From: Minisyncoccota bacterium
Lineage (GTDB): Bacteria; Patescibacteriota; Minisyncoccia; JBAYJV01
Direction: 5' to 3'
Length of the DNA stretch: 54,120 nt
Assembly (NCBI GenBank): GCA_041664925.1
Contig: JBAYJV010000001.1
Location: forward strand, 1 to 54,120
A model generated the notes under the pieces. That model made no database searches. It worked only from the letters and a program-made list of their open reading frames with translations, and was not told the DNA's origin. This document shows, piece by piece, positions 8,907 to 15,462 of the stretch. Numbering within the stretch: position 1 is the first letter of the stretch; every line of letters starts with the position of its first letter. Both the position numbers and the translations under genes were made by a program.

Positions 8907-8926
8907 CCTGCCTGCCGGCAGGCAGG
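8907..8926. repeat. 20-nt perfect palindrome CCTGCCTGCCGGCAGGCAGG (D-loop insertion)
   Basis: ttcgacc[20 nt]actctgtcac here versus the uninterrupted ttcgaccactctgtcac in the intact tRNA. Confidence 0.9.
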
Positions 8927-8970
8927 ACTCTGTCACCTCTCCATATTACCTGCTAATTAAAAATTAAAAA

Positions 8971-10713
8971 TTATTCAGTCACCCTTGCTTTTATTCTTTT
9001 TACTCCTGCACCGACTGATTCTTGTTTTACAATTTTAAAGCTTTTCAATTCAGATGTCAATTGAATATGCGGTCCTCGACAAATTTCACATGAATAAAAA
9101 TCGTCTTGCGTTCCATTGGAACTGATTCTATAAACACTCACTCTTTCTGGATATTTCTCTTTAAAAAATCCCAACGCTCCCATTTTTACGGCTTCATCAT
9201 AAGTCGTTTCAATTCTTTCAACTTTTAAATCTTCTTTTATTTTTTGATTAACAATATTTTCTACTTGTACAATTTCATCATTCGTTAAATTTCGTCCAAA
9301 GCTAAAATCAAATCTCAGTCTTTTTTCTGAAATATCCGACCCCATCTGTTTTACCTCTTCTCCTAAAACTTCTCTTAATGCCTTATGAAGCAAATGAGTC
9401 GCTGTGTGAAGTTTAATTTCATAATCTGTTGGGTTCTCTCGAAGCCCGCCTTCTTTTTTTTCAATAACTGTTTTTGAAACTGTCTGGTGTTCTTTTTTCG
9501 CTTTTTCAAATCCTTCTTGATCCAAAGTAAATCCTCTTTCCATCAAAAGTTCCTTGGTAAGCTCTGGAGGAAAACCAAAACTTTCGTAAAGCTTAAATGC
9601 TTCATCTCCCGAAAAGATTTTTCCTTCAATTTTAGCAAGTTTTTTTTCAAGTTCCTTCGTGCCATTTAAAAGCGCTTTTTTAAACGCTACCACTTCTTTT
9701 TCAATCACAGCGATAAGACTAGTTTTATCCTTTCCAATTTCTGGCCAAAAATCGCTATAGTTTTTTACAACCTCATCAATCAAATTAATATACCATCCAT
9801 CTTTAAGATTTAATTTCATCGCTGCCCTAACTGATCTTCGTAAAATTCGTCTTAAAATATAGCCTTCTTTTAAATTTGACGGCGCTAATCCCTCGGCGAT
9901 TAAAAAGACTGAGCCACGAATATGGTCAACAACCACCCTTTCTAGTTTTTTATTTTCCTCAGTAGCTTCATAATCATTCTTTCTTAAAATCTCTAATAAA
10001 GAAGAAAACAAATCAGTTTCAAAAACTGTTTCTTTTTTTTGCATTACCCTTGTTAATCTTTCCAGTCCCATGCCCGTATCAATGCCTTTTTTATCCAATG
10101 TTGCTAATCCACCATTTTTGTCTTGGTAGTATTCGTTAAAAACAACATTCCAAATCTCAGAATTATCTAAATAAAGTTCTGTTGTCGGTCCGCACGGACC
10201 TTCTTCTCCCGTTGGTCCCCAAAAATTATCTTCTCTGCCTCGCTTGGTAATCTGATTTTCTTCAATACCTAAATTAATCCAAATATCATAAGATTCTTTA
10301 TCAAAAGGCACTTCCTTGTCGCCCGCAAAAACCGTAACTTTTAAATCTTCTTTTTTTATCTCCAGCTCCTTTGTAAAAAAATCAAAGGCAAATCCAATCG
10401 CTTCTTTTTTACAATAAGCTCCGTTAAAACAAAAATTTCCCAACATTTCCAAAAATGTCAGGTGGTCTTTGTCGCCCACTTCATCTATATCAGAAGTACG
10501 AAAACATTTTTGAATCGTTGTGATCCTTTCACTGCCCAATTCCTGTTTTGCATCTCTTTTCCCTGAAAAATAATCCTTAAATTGCTGCATGCCTGCGGTC
10601 GTCAAAAGCACCGATGGATCAGTTACATCGATAAGCGAAGAAGAGGGCATTTGTTTGTGCCCACTTTCTGCAAAAAAACTTAAGAATTTTTTTCGCAATT
10701 CTCCAGATGTCAT
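8971..10713 (-). CDS. alaS: alanine--tRNA ligase, compact form without the C-Ala domain
   Basis: 580 aa. N-terminus 'FLSFFAESGHKQMPSSSLI..DPSVLLTTAGMQQFKDYF', 'GMGLERL', and editing-site 'HTATHLLH' and 'CRGPH'. The protein ends right after the editing domain. Confidence 0.9.
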   Translation of the reverse strand: MTSGELRKKFLSFFAESGHKQMPSSSLIDVTDPSVLLTTAGMQQFKDYFSGKRDAKQELGSERITTIQKCFRTSDIDEVGDKDHLTFLEMLGNFCFNGAYCKKEAIGFAFDFFTKELEIKKEDLKVTVFAGDKEVPFDKESYDIWINLGIEENQITKRGREDNFWGPTGEEGPCGPTTELYLDNSEIWNVVFNEYYQDKNGGLATLDKKGIDTGMGLERLTRVMQKKETVFETDLFSSLLEILRKNDYEATEENKKLERVVVDHIRGSVFLIAEGLAPSNLKEGYILRRILRRSVRAAMKLNLKDGWYINLIDEVVKNYSDFWPEIGKDKTSLIAVIEKEVVAFKKALLNGTKELEKKLAKIEGKIFSGDEAFKLYESFGFPPELTKELLMERGFTLDQEGFEKAKKEHQTVSKTVIEKKEGGLRENPTDYEIKLHTATHLLHKALREVLGEEVKQMGSDISEKRLRFDFSFGRNLTNDEIVQVENIVNQKIKEDLKVERIETTYDEAVKMGALGFFKEKYPERVSVYRISSNGTQDDFYSCEICRGPHIQLTSELKSFKIVKQESVGAGVKRIKARVTE

Positions 10714-10719
10714 AAAATT

Positions 10720-11013
10720 TTATCTTTTTAGGCTATCAATTCGCTGGGTTAATTCTTCAATTTTTCTACTTGCTGCCAAAACATAGTCAGTATTAAAATC
10801 CTTAATTCTTCTTTCGGTATTAGTTATTTCCATCTCTAAATTTTTTCTTTGTTGCTCTAAGTCATCTCTTCTTCGTTGCAACGGCATTAATTCGCTATTT
10901 TCCATGCGACTTTGCTCATCCCTTCTTCTTGTATATTCTTCTTCTGCTCTTGCTCTGTCTGCTTCTAATTTTCTAATTTCCTCAGCATTCGGGTCTTGTT
11001 GTTGATCATCCAT
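10720..11013 (-). CDS. coiled-coil protein
   Basis: 97 aa, highly charged with E/R/K/Q heptad-like composition. Lies 6 nt upstream of alaS. Confidence 0.5.
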   Translation of the reverse strand: MDDQQQDPNAEEIRKLEADRARAEEEYTRRRDEQSRMENSELMPLQRRRDDLEQQRKNLEMEITNTERRIKDFNTDYVLAASRKIEELTQRIDSLKR

Positions 11014-11118
11014 GTTTTTATAAAATACATATTAATCCCTTAATTTTATCAGAATTTATCTCTTTTTCAATCTTAAAATTTCTTAATTCATCAATTTTGC
11101 ATTTTTAATTTTAAACTT

Positions 11119-12258
11119 TTAACTTTCTATAATTCCGCCCCCTATCATAATTTCTCCTTTATAAAAAACAATACTTTGCCCCGGCGTAATCGCCCTCTGT
11201 AGTTCTTTGAAAGTAACTTTAATTTGATTTTTCCCCTTCGTCCGCTGAAGCTTTAGCGAAGGCGGATTGATCATTATCACACATTCCTGATCCGGCTGTC
11301 TATATCTAATTTTTGCTTGGCATTTTAATGGAAATTTCGGCTCTTCGCCTGAGATCCAGCTCAAATCTGAAGCAATCAATTCTTCTTCAAACAATGCCTC
11401 ATTTTTTCTTCCTTTGGCAACAATCAATTCATTTTTTTTAAAATCTTTTCCAATGACAAAATAGGGGATGCCCCCGCCAATTTTTATTCCTCTCCTTTGA
11501 CCAATGGTATAAGTTTCAAGACCATCATGTTTACCAATCACTTCCTTGTCAGTGGTCAAAATCTTCCCTGGCTTTGATTTAATATATTGTTTCAAAAAAT
11601 CTTCAACATTGACCTTGCCCATAAAACAAATTCCCTGAGAGTCAGGTTTATCCTTTACAGGCAAATCCCATTTTGCAGCAATTTTTCTTATTTCCGGTTT
11701 CGTATAATCGCCCACCGGAAAAAGGCAATGCTTCAGTTGCTTTTGCGTCAATGTCCATAAAAAATAACTCTGATCCTTATTCCCGTCCACCCCTTTTAAT
11801 AATGAGTATACATTCACTTTTAATTTTTCACTTTTAACTTTTAATTTTCGGCGAAGCCGAATGTAGTGGCCGGCGGCGACAAAGTCCGCTCCCATTTTGA
11901 GCGCTTGTTTTAGAAACATCCCAAACTTAATTTCCCGATTGCATTCAATATCAGGATTGGGCGTTATGCCTTTTTTATAGCCATCCAAAAAATAATTAAT
12001 CACCTTTTCTCGGTATTCTTTTGTAAAATCCCAGCTATAAAAAGGAATTGCTAATTTTGAAGCGACTTGTCTGGCGTCCTCTTCGTCTCTTTCCCACCCA
12101 CAACCGATTCCGCAGAGACCTTCCGAAGCCGCATCCCAACATTTCATAAAAACACCCACGACTTGATAGCCTTGTTCTTTTAATAAACCAGCCGTTACTG
12201 CCGAATCAACGCCACCAGAAAGTCCCACAAAAACTAATTGTTTTTTATCTTTTGACAT
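11119..12258 (-). CDS. mnmA: tRNA 2-thiouridine(34) synthase MnmA
   Basis: 379 aa. PP-loop 'GLSGGVDSAV', 'NKDQSYFLW', and C-terminal 'ITPGQSIVFYKGEIMIGGGII'. Confidence 0.9.
   Translation of the reverse strand: MSKDKKQLVFVGLSGGVDSAVTAGLLKEQGYQVVGVFMKCWDAASEGLCGIGCGWERDEEDARQVASKLAIPFYSWDFTKEYREKVINYFLDGYKKGITPNPDIECNREIKFGMFLKQALKMGADFVAAGHYIRLRRKLKVKSEKLKVNVYSLLKGVDGNKDQSYFLWTLTQKQLKHCLFPVGDYTKPEIRKIAAKWDLPVKDKPDSQGICFMGKVNVEDFLKQYIKSKPGKILTTDKEVIGKHDGLETYTIGQRRGIKIGGGIPYFVIGKDFKKNELIVAKGRKNEALFEEELIASDLSWISGEEPKFPLKCQAKIRYRQPDQECVIMINPPSLKLQRTKGKNQIKVTFKELQRAITPGQSIVFYKGEIMIGGGIIES
11234..11265. repeat. GC-rich palindromic element inserted in frame in mnmA
   Basis: ccccttcgtccgctgaagctttagcgaaggcgg has a CCTTCG..CGAAGG stem and encodes the extra 'PPSLKLQRTKG' segment, which E. 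coli MnmA lacks as I recall it. Confidence 0.55.
11814..11848. repeat. 7-nt periodic array inside the mnmA coding sequence
   Basis: cactttt|aattttt|cactttt|aactttt|aatttt encodes 'KLKVKSEKLKV', an insertion between the conserved HY.R and KDQSYFL blocks. Confidence 0.55.
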
Positions 12259-12319
12259 ATTTTAAATTATATTCCATATTATATATTTTTCAATAATCAT
12301 CGTCGTCTTGAGATAATAT

Positions 12320-12391
12320 GTCATCCTGAGCGTACTTGTGGTGAGCTTGCTTGCCCTGAATTTTGTTGAAGGGTCGAACCAGCGAAGGATC
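12320..12391. repeat. 'TCATCCTGAGCG...CGAAGGATC' hairpin-family element (expanded copy)
   Basis: Outer arms gtcatcctgagcg / agcgaaggatcc enclose about 45 nt. Lies between ncRNA-2 and mnmA. Confidence 0.5.
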
Positions 12392-12474
12392 CCAAGCATA
12401 GCTGCTACATCTCGAGATTCTCCCTTTTCTCCTTTTTCTCTCTTTTACCCCTTGTGTCCCTTTGTGTTTCTTAT

Positions 12475-12814
12475 AAAACAAAAGCCAGGGTTATCGTACC
12501 TGGCTCCGCGGAATCGGGAGGTATTCTTTACTTTCCCTATCCACTAACCTACGCTCGCTGACGACCCAACGAGTAGTTTTTCTCTTAGAAGAGGAAGGCC
12601 GGGTTTTTGAGCCGATCGTACACCGCATCACGCACCGTGTTACCATCCGGCTCGATGGGCCTGAATCGCTCAGGCAAGCGTACTGCCGTCAATGCGTTCT
12701 TCCGTCTAAAGTCCCCTTATGTAATCCGATACGGTCGTCTCGGGGGAGTCGAGACCATCCTCAAGATTGCGGAACGTGCGCCTTCTTTTCGGACGACCCA
12801 GTCTTCCATCATCA
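12475..12814 (-). ncRNA. unclassified structured RNA, about 340 nt (ncRNA-2)
   Basis: Consensus promoter at 12821-12848 and an intrinsic terminator (GCCAGG-9 nt-CCTGGC + TTTTGTTTT, 12475-12504). About 50% GC in a roughly 35% GC genome, with no credible ORF. Long-range complementarity between GGAAGACTGGGT (5') and ACCCGGCCTTCC (about 250 nt downstream). Confidence 0.6.
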
Positions 12815-12820
12815 CTTATC

Positions 12821-12848
12821 ATTATACTCCTTTTTTAAATAATGTCAA
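12821..12848 (-). promoter_or_regulatory. consensus sigma70 promoter (copy 1 of an identical 32-nt block, 12820-12851)
   Basis: Minus strand TTGACA - 16 nt - TATAAT. Confidence 0.75.
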
Positions 12849-12874
12849 TAGATAATGATTGATTTTATTGTAAT

Positions 12875-13004
12875 AAAAACAAAAGGGTCAGGATTTACGC
12901 ACCTGACCCGCAAGCGACAACCTAGTTACCGCTCGCATTTAAATGCGCCCCTAATCCGTAGGAGTACAGTGGTCTACTTCTATTATATCACATTAACAGA
13001 TATT
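12875..13004 (-). ncRNA. unclassified small RNA, about 130 nt (ncRNA-1)
   Basis: Consensus promoter at 13011-13038 and terminator GGGTCAGG-9 nt-CCTGACCC + TTTTGTTTTT (12875-12909). Internal hairpins are CGCATTTAAATGCG and GCGAGCG..CGCTTGC. Confidence 0.55.
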
Positions 13005-13010
13005 TATTCC

Positions 13011-13038
13011 ATTATACTCCTTTTTTAAATAATGTCAA
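13011..13038 (-). promoter_or_regulatory. consensus sigma70 promoter (copy 2 of the identical 32-nt block, 13010-13041)
   Basis: Minus strand TTGACA - 16 nt - TATAAT. The 32 nt are identical to 12820-12851. Confidence 0.75.
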
Positions 13039-13084
13039 TAGTTTTAATCTTTCTTGTCGAAATTATTGAGATTTAGAAAGATTT

Positions 13085-13106
13085 ATCCTGAGCGAAGTCG
13101 AAGGAT
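13085..13106. repeat. 'ATCCTGAGCGAAGTCGAAGGAT' hairpin-family element (minimal copy)
   Basis: ATCCT/AGGAT stem. Same family as 12320, 13702, 40213 and 53474. Confidence 0.5.
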
Positions 13107-13121
13107 TACTCTTTTTAAATT

Positions 13122-13152
13122 AAAAAGAGAGGATCCGTTCTTGGACCCTCTC
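13122..13152 (-). terminator. rho-independent terminator
   Basis: Minus strand GAGAGGGTCC-aagaac-GGATCCTCTC + TTTTT, 3' of the 159-aa gene. Confidence 0.7.
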
Positions 13153-13166
13153 GGCGTACTTTTCGT

Positions 13167-13646
13167 TTAGCCACCAGTTTCCATTCCGTAAGTCGCCGGC
13201 AAGCGATCGCGATGGACATAATAGAATTGCAACATTGGGTTTCCTCCAGACGTAGGAGACATAATGATTTGAAGAATGACAATGTTCTGTGACAAAAAAT
13301 CCCATCTATTGATTTTACTTAAATTAACATCATGAGTAATCTCGTCGGCATTTGAACGAAAAAGAGATTCAAAAAATATATCTATAAATGATTTTCCTTC
13401 TATTGATGTGTAGATTATGTCATCAACATATCTTACATCAAGAATGTTTACAACTCTGATAGCCTCTATGTCTTGATACAAAGCACTAGAAGCATTCACT
13501 TGATTCGTCGTGTCATTAAGTGTTGACCCAACAATTAATCCGAAAATAAACCAACCAGCCTGAGCTTTTGCCTGTACCACTGCGCCAAAGGTAATGCCCA
13601 GCACCAGCGCCAAACAAACTCCGACGACTAACAACCTCTTTTTCAT
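13167..13646 (-). CDS. secreted or membrane orphan protein (GC-richer cassette)
   Basis: 159 aa with signal peptide 'MKKRLLVVGVCLALVLGITFGAVVQAKA', an AGGAGGG SD, and its own promoter and terminator. Confidence 0.6.
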   Translation of the reverse strand: MKKRLLVVGVCLALVLGITFGAVVQAKAQAGWFIFGLIVGSTLNDTTNQVNASSALYQDIEAIRVVNILDVRYVDDIIYTSIEGKSFIDIFFESLFRSNADEITHDVNLSKINRWDFLSQNIVILQIIMSPTSGGNPMLQFYYVHRDRLPATYGMETGG

Positions 13647-13701
13647 CTGACCCTCCTGTTAGATTTTCTTTGTGAGATTTCCGAACATCAGAAAATCTTA
13701 C

Positions 13702-13743
13702 ATCTTGAGCGAAGTTCCGACTTATCGGAACGAGTCGAAAGAT
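13702..13743. repeat. hairpin-family element in a 5' UTR
   Basis: atcttgagcgaa[gttccga-ctta-tcggaac]gagtcgaaagat lies between the promoter (13765-13792) and the 13646 start. Confidence 0.5.
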
Positions 13744-13764
13744 TAATTTTTTGGAACTACCGCA

Positions 13765-13792
13765 ATCCTATCACATATTACTAAAATGTCAA
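13765..13792 (-). promoter_or_regulatory. sigma70-type promoter
   Basis: Minus strand TTGACA - 16 nt - TAGGAT, giving a 5' UTR of about 115 nt. Confidence 0.6.
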
Positions 13793-13847
13793 CCGTTTTC
13801 GACAAGAAAAACACGCCTATCTCTAGGCATGCTTTTTATTTTGTCCA

Positions 13848-13880
13848 GATTCTAACTTCTAACTTCTAGATTCTAATTTT
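13848..13880. repeat. 7-nt periodic array
   Basis: ttctaac|ttctaac|ttctaga|ttctaat abuts the stop codon of the PKD gene. Confidence 0.65.
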
Positions 13881-15363
13881 AATCTATTGTACTTCCCGTC
13901 GGCCAAGCATTAATTTCTGTCCAATTAACCGGCGCAATGCGTGACCAGTCGTAGCCATGGCGATTAAAAGCGCTTGCGCTTGAAATCCAACGCTTCATGC
14001 CATTTTCCAGATAGTAAATTTTCCAATCACCATCATATTTAATCAAACGATTTTCTGGATACCAATTTAGTTCTTCTTGTGAAATCGAAACAACATCTTC
14101 AAGTTTATTGCCATAAGAATAAAATGTATCCATATTTGGCATTCTTCGCTTCATCCAGCTTTCTGTAATGTAGTAGATATCCGAGGAACTACTCATTCGA
14201 ACAACTTTCACTCTGCTATAAGTATTCAATTCTGCTTGACTGATGGTTTTAATTTCTCCTGTATTAAATCCGTAATTCGCAAAAATATTGGCCGTTGGAA
14301 TCCAATGATATTTCCCGTTAATGATTTGGTAAACTTTATCTTGTCCGCTCACTCTCACTAAATTGTAGTCTGATTGTTTATAAACATCTATCCATTGATA
14401 ATACTCATCATAAAGCCCAGCATTGTCTGTAACTTTTAAACTAACTTTGTATTGTCCCGGATTATTATAGGTATGAGTTGGATTGATGTCGGCTGAAGTT
14501 GAACCATCCCCAAAATTCCAGCTCCAATATTTTATATCAGCTCTTCCATCCGGATCGGTTGACGAATCATTAAATAAAATCGCCTCATCCTCTCTTGGCC
14601 AAGTTGTGCTAATAAAGAATCTTGCTTTAGGATTGTGACTCCCTTCGTAATAAACCGTTTCATCTCTTACAACCGCCGTTATTTTCTTTGATTCAATAAG
14701 ATTATTGTTCAAATCCTTTAAAGATAAAGCAATGTCGTATGTGCCTGCTTGAGAGTATTCATAAGAGACAACAGCTGGTCCGCATAAGATATCTGCTCTT
14801 TCGGTATTGTTATCACTCCAACGAATTTCAGCCTTGTAATTATCTTCATTTTTACAATCAATTTCATAGTCAATATAAACTTTTTCGCCTAAAACTTTTG
14901 AAGATTGTTCGTCAAAACTAAAATTCTTGATTGACGGTTTCCATTCTTTGTCAATCTTCAAAGTTAATTTGAAAATTTTGGTGCGACCGGTGCTATCTTT
15001 TAATGTAAGTTTTGGATAATAAGAACCGGTATCTTTATAGCTATGGCTTTGAAGATAAGAACTGCCCGTATAAAGACTGAAATTATAAGTCGAATTTCCA
15101 TCGCCATAATCCAAAATTGCATTAATTGAACTATCTTGTTTGTCGCCTCCTTGAATTTTAAATTCAATATTCTGGTTTATATAAAAACCATTTTTCGCAT
15201 CAGCAGAAAAAATATTGATATAAGGATCGTAGCTAATGAAAGCGCCTGCCCAAAAAGGAATTGCAATGAGCGTGATCAAAAAAGAAAAAAGCACGCCAAA
15301 GGCTTTTTTTCGATTAAATTTTTTTAAATTAAACACTTTATTTTTCATAATTTTAAAACACAT
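13879..15363 (-). CDS. PKD-domain surface protein with three C-terminal ~45-aa repeats
   Basis: 494 aa. N-terminal anchor, canonical PKD block 'WNFGDGSTS..NPTHTYNNPGQYKVSLKVTDNAG', and three repeats of the type 'KVYQIINGKYHWIPTANIFANYGF'. The real start is probably the second ATG (15348). Confidence 0.75.
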   Translation of the reverse strand: MCFKIMKNKVFNLKKFNRKKAFGVLFSFLITLIAIPFWAGAFISYDPYINIFSADAKNGFYINQNIEFKIQGGDKQDSSINAILDYGDGNSTYNFSLYTGSSYLQSHSYKDTGSYYPKLTLKDSTGRTKIFKLTLKIDKEWKPSIKNFSFDEQSSKVLGEKVYIDYEIDCKNEDNYKAEIRWSDNNTERADILCGPAVVSYEYSQAGTYDIALSLKDLNNNLIESKKITAVVRDETVYYEGSHNPKARFFISTTWPREDEAILFNDSSTDPDGRADIKYWSWNFGDGSTSADINPTHTYNNPGQYKVSLKVTDNAGLYDEYYQWIDVYKQSDYNLVRVSGQDKVYQIINGKYHWIPTANIFANYGFNTGEIKTISQAELNTYSRVKVVRMSSSSDIYYITESWMKRRMPNMDTFYSYGNKLEDVVSISQEELNWYPENRLIKYDGDWKIYYLENGMKRWISSASAFNRHGYDWSRIAPVNWTEINAWPTGSTID

Positions 15364-15374
15364 TTACTATTCTT

Positions 15375-15403
15375 ATCCTATCCCTAAAAATTTCTCCTGT
15401 CAA
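15375..15403 (-). promoter_or_regulatory. sigma70-type promoter
   Basis: Minus strand TTGACA - 17 nt - TAGGAT, directly upstream of the PKD gene. Confidence 0.55.
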
Positions 15404-15439
15404 TAAAAACAAATGAGGGACTTCGTCTCGAAGTCCCTC
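15401..15439 (-). terminator. rho-independent terminator (symmetric, T-runs on both sides)
   Basis: GAGGGACTTCG-tct-CGAAGTCCCTC with flanking A/T runs. Confidence 0.7.
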
Positions 15440-15462
15440 GTTTTTTCTGCTTCTGTTCCTTG

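Larger units (their letters stand above)
8312..8942 (-). pseudogene. disrupted second copy of tRNA-Ser(UGA), present as 5' half 8942-8886 and 3' half 8381-8312
   Basis: The halves match the intact gene apart from 2 substitutions. A 20-nt palindrome is inserted in the D-loop, the same palindrome is in the T-loop, and about 500 nt are inserted after anticodon-loop CTTG. Confidence 0.75.

Noticed and set aside
8312-8942. Prophage or integrative-element att site at tRNA-Ser
   Set aside because: No integrase, recombinase or phage genes are adjacent. The duplicated tRNA pieces lie within 630 bp and enclose only a GIY-YIG gene and a tRNA.
12372-12395. T-loop-like 'GGTTCGACCC' (minus strand) as a possible additional tRNA
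   Set aside because: The flanks cannot form T-stem, acceptor or anticodon arms. The segment is the interior of a hairpin-family repeat.
12475-12814. Assigning ncRNA-2 to RNase P RNA, tmRNA, SRP RNA, 6S RNA, a T-box or a group II intron remnant
   Set aside because: Checked by eye, it has no GAGGAAAGUCC (CR-I), only a degenerate ACAGAAnCCGGCUUA-like segment, no tRNA-like acceptor/T-arm ends or tag ORF, no GGAAGCAGC SRP core, no T-box sequence and no 34-nt domain V. Identity is left open pending cmscan.
12290-12855. ORFs 12290..12481 (-), 12338..12547 (+) and 12607..12855 (+) in the GC-rich gap
   Set aside because: They have no SD or promoter and low-complexity or odd composition. The region is bounded by promoter-terminator pairs that define non-coding transcripts on the minus strand.
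12906-12940. tmRNA-like tag reading frame 'ASDNLVTARI*' (gcaagcgacaac...taa) on the plus strand
   Set aside because: It is on the strand opposite to the promoter and terminator. It is part of a hairpin, has no flanking tRNA-like domain, and its C-terminus is atypical.
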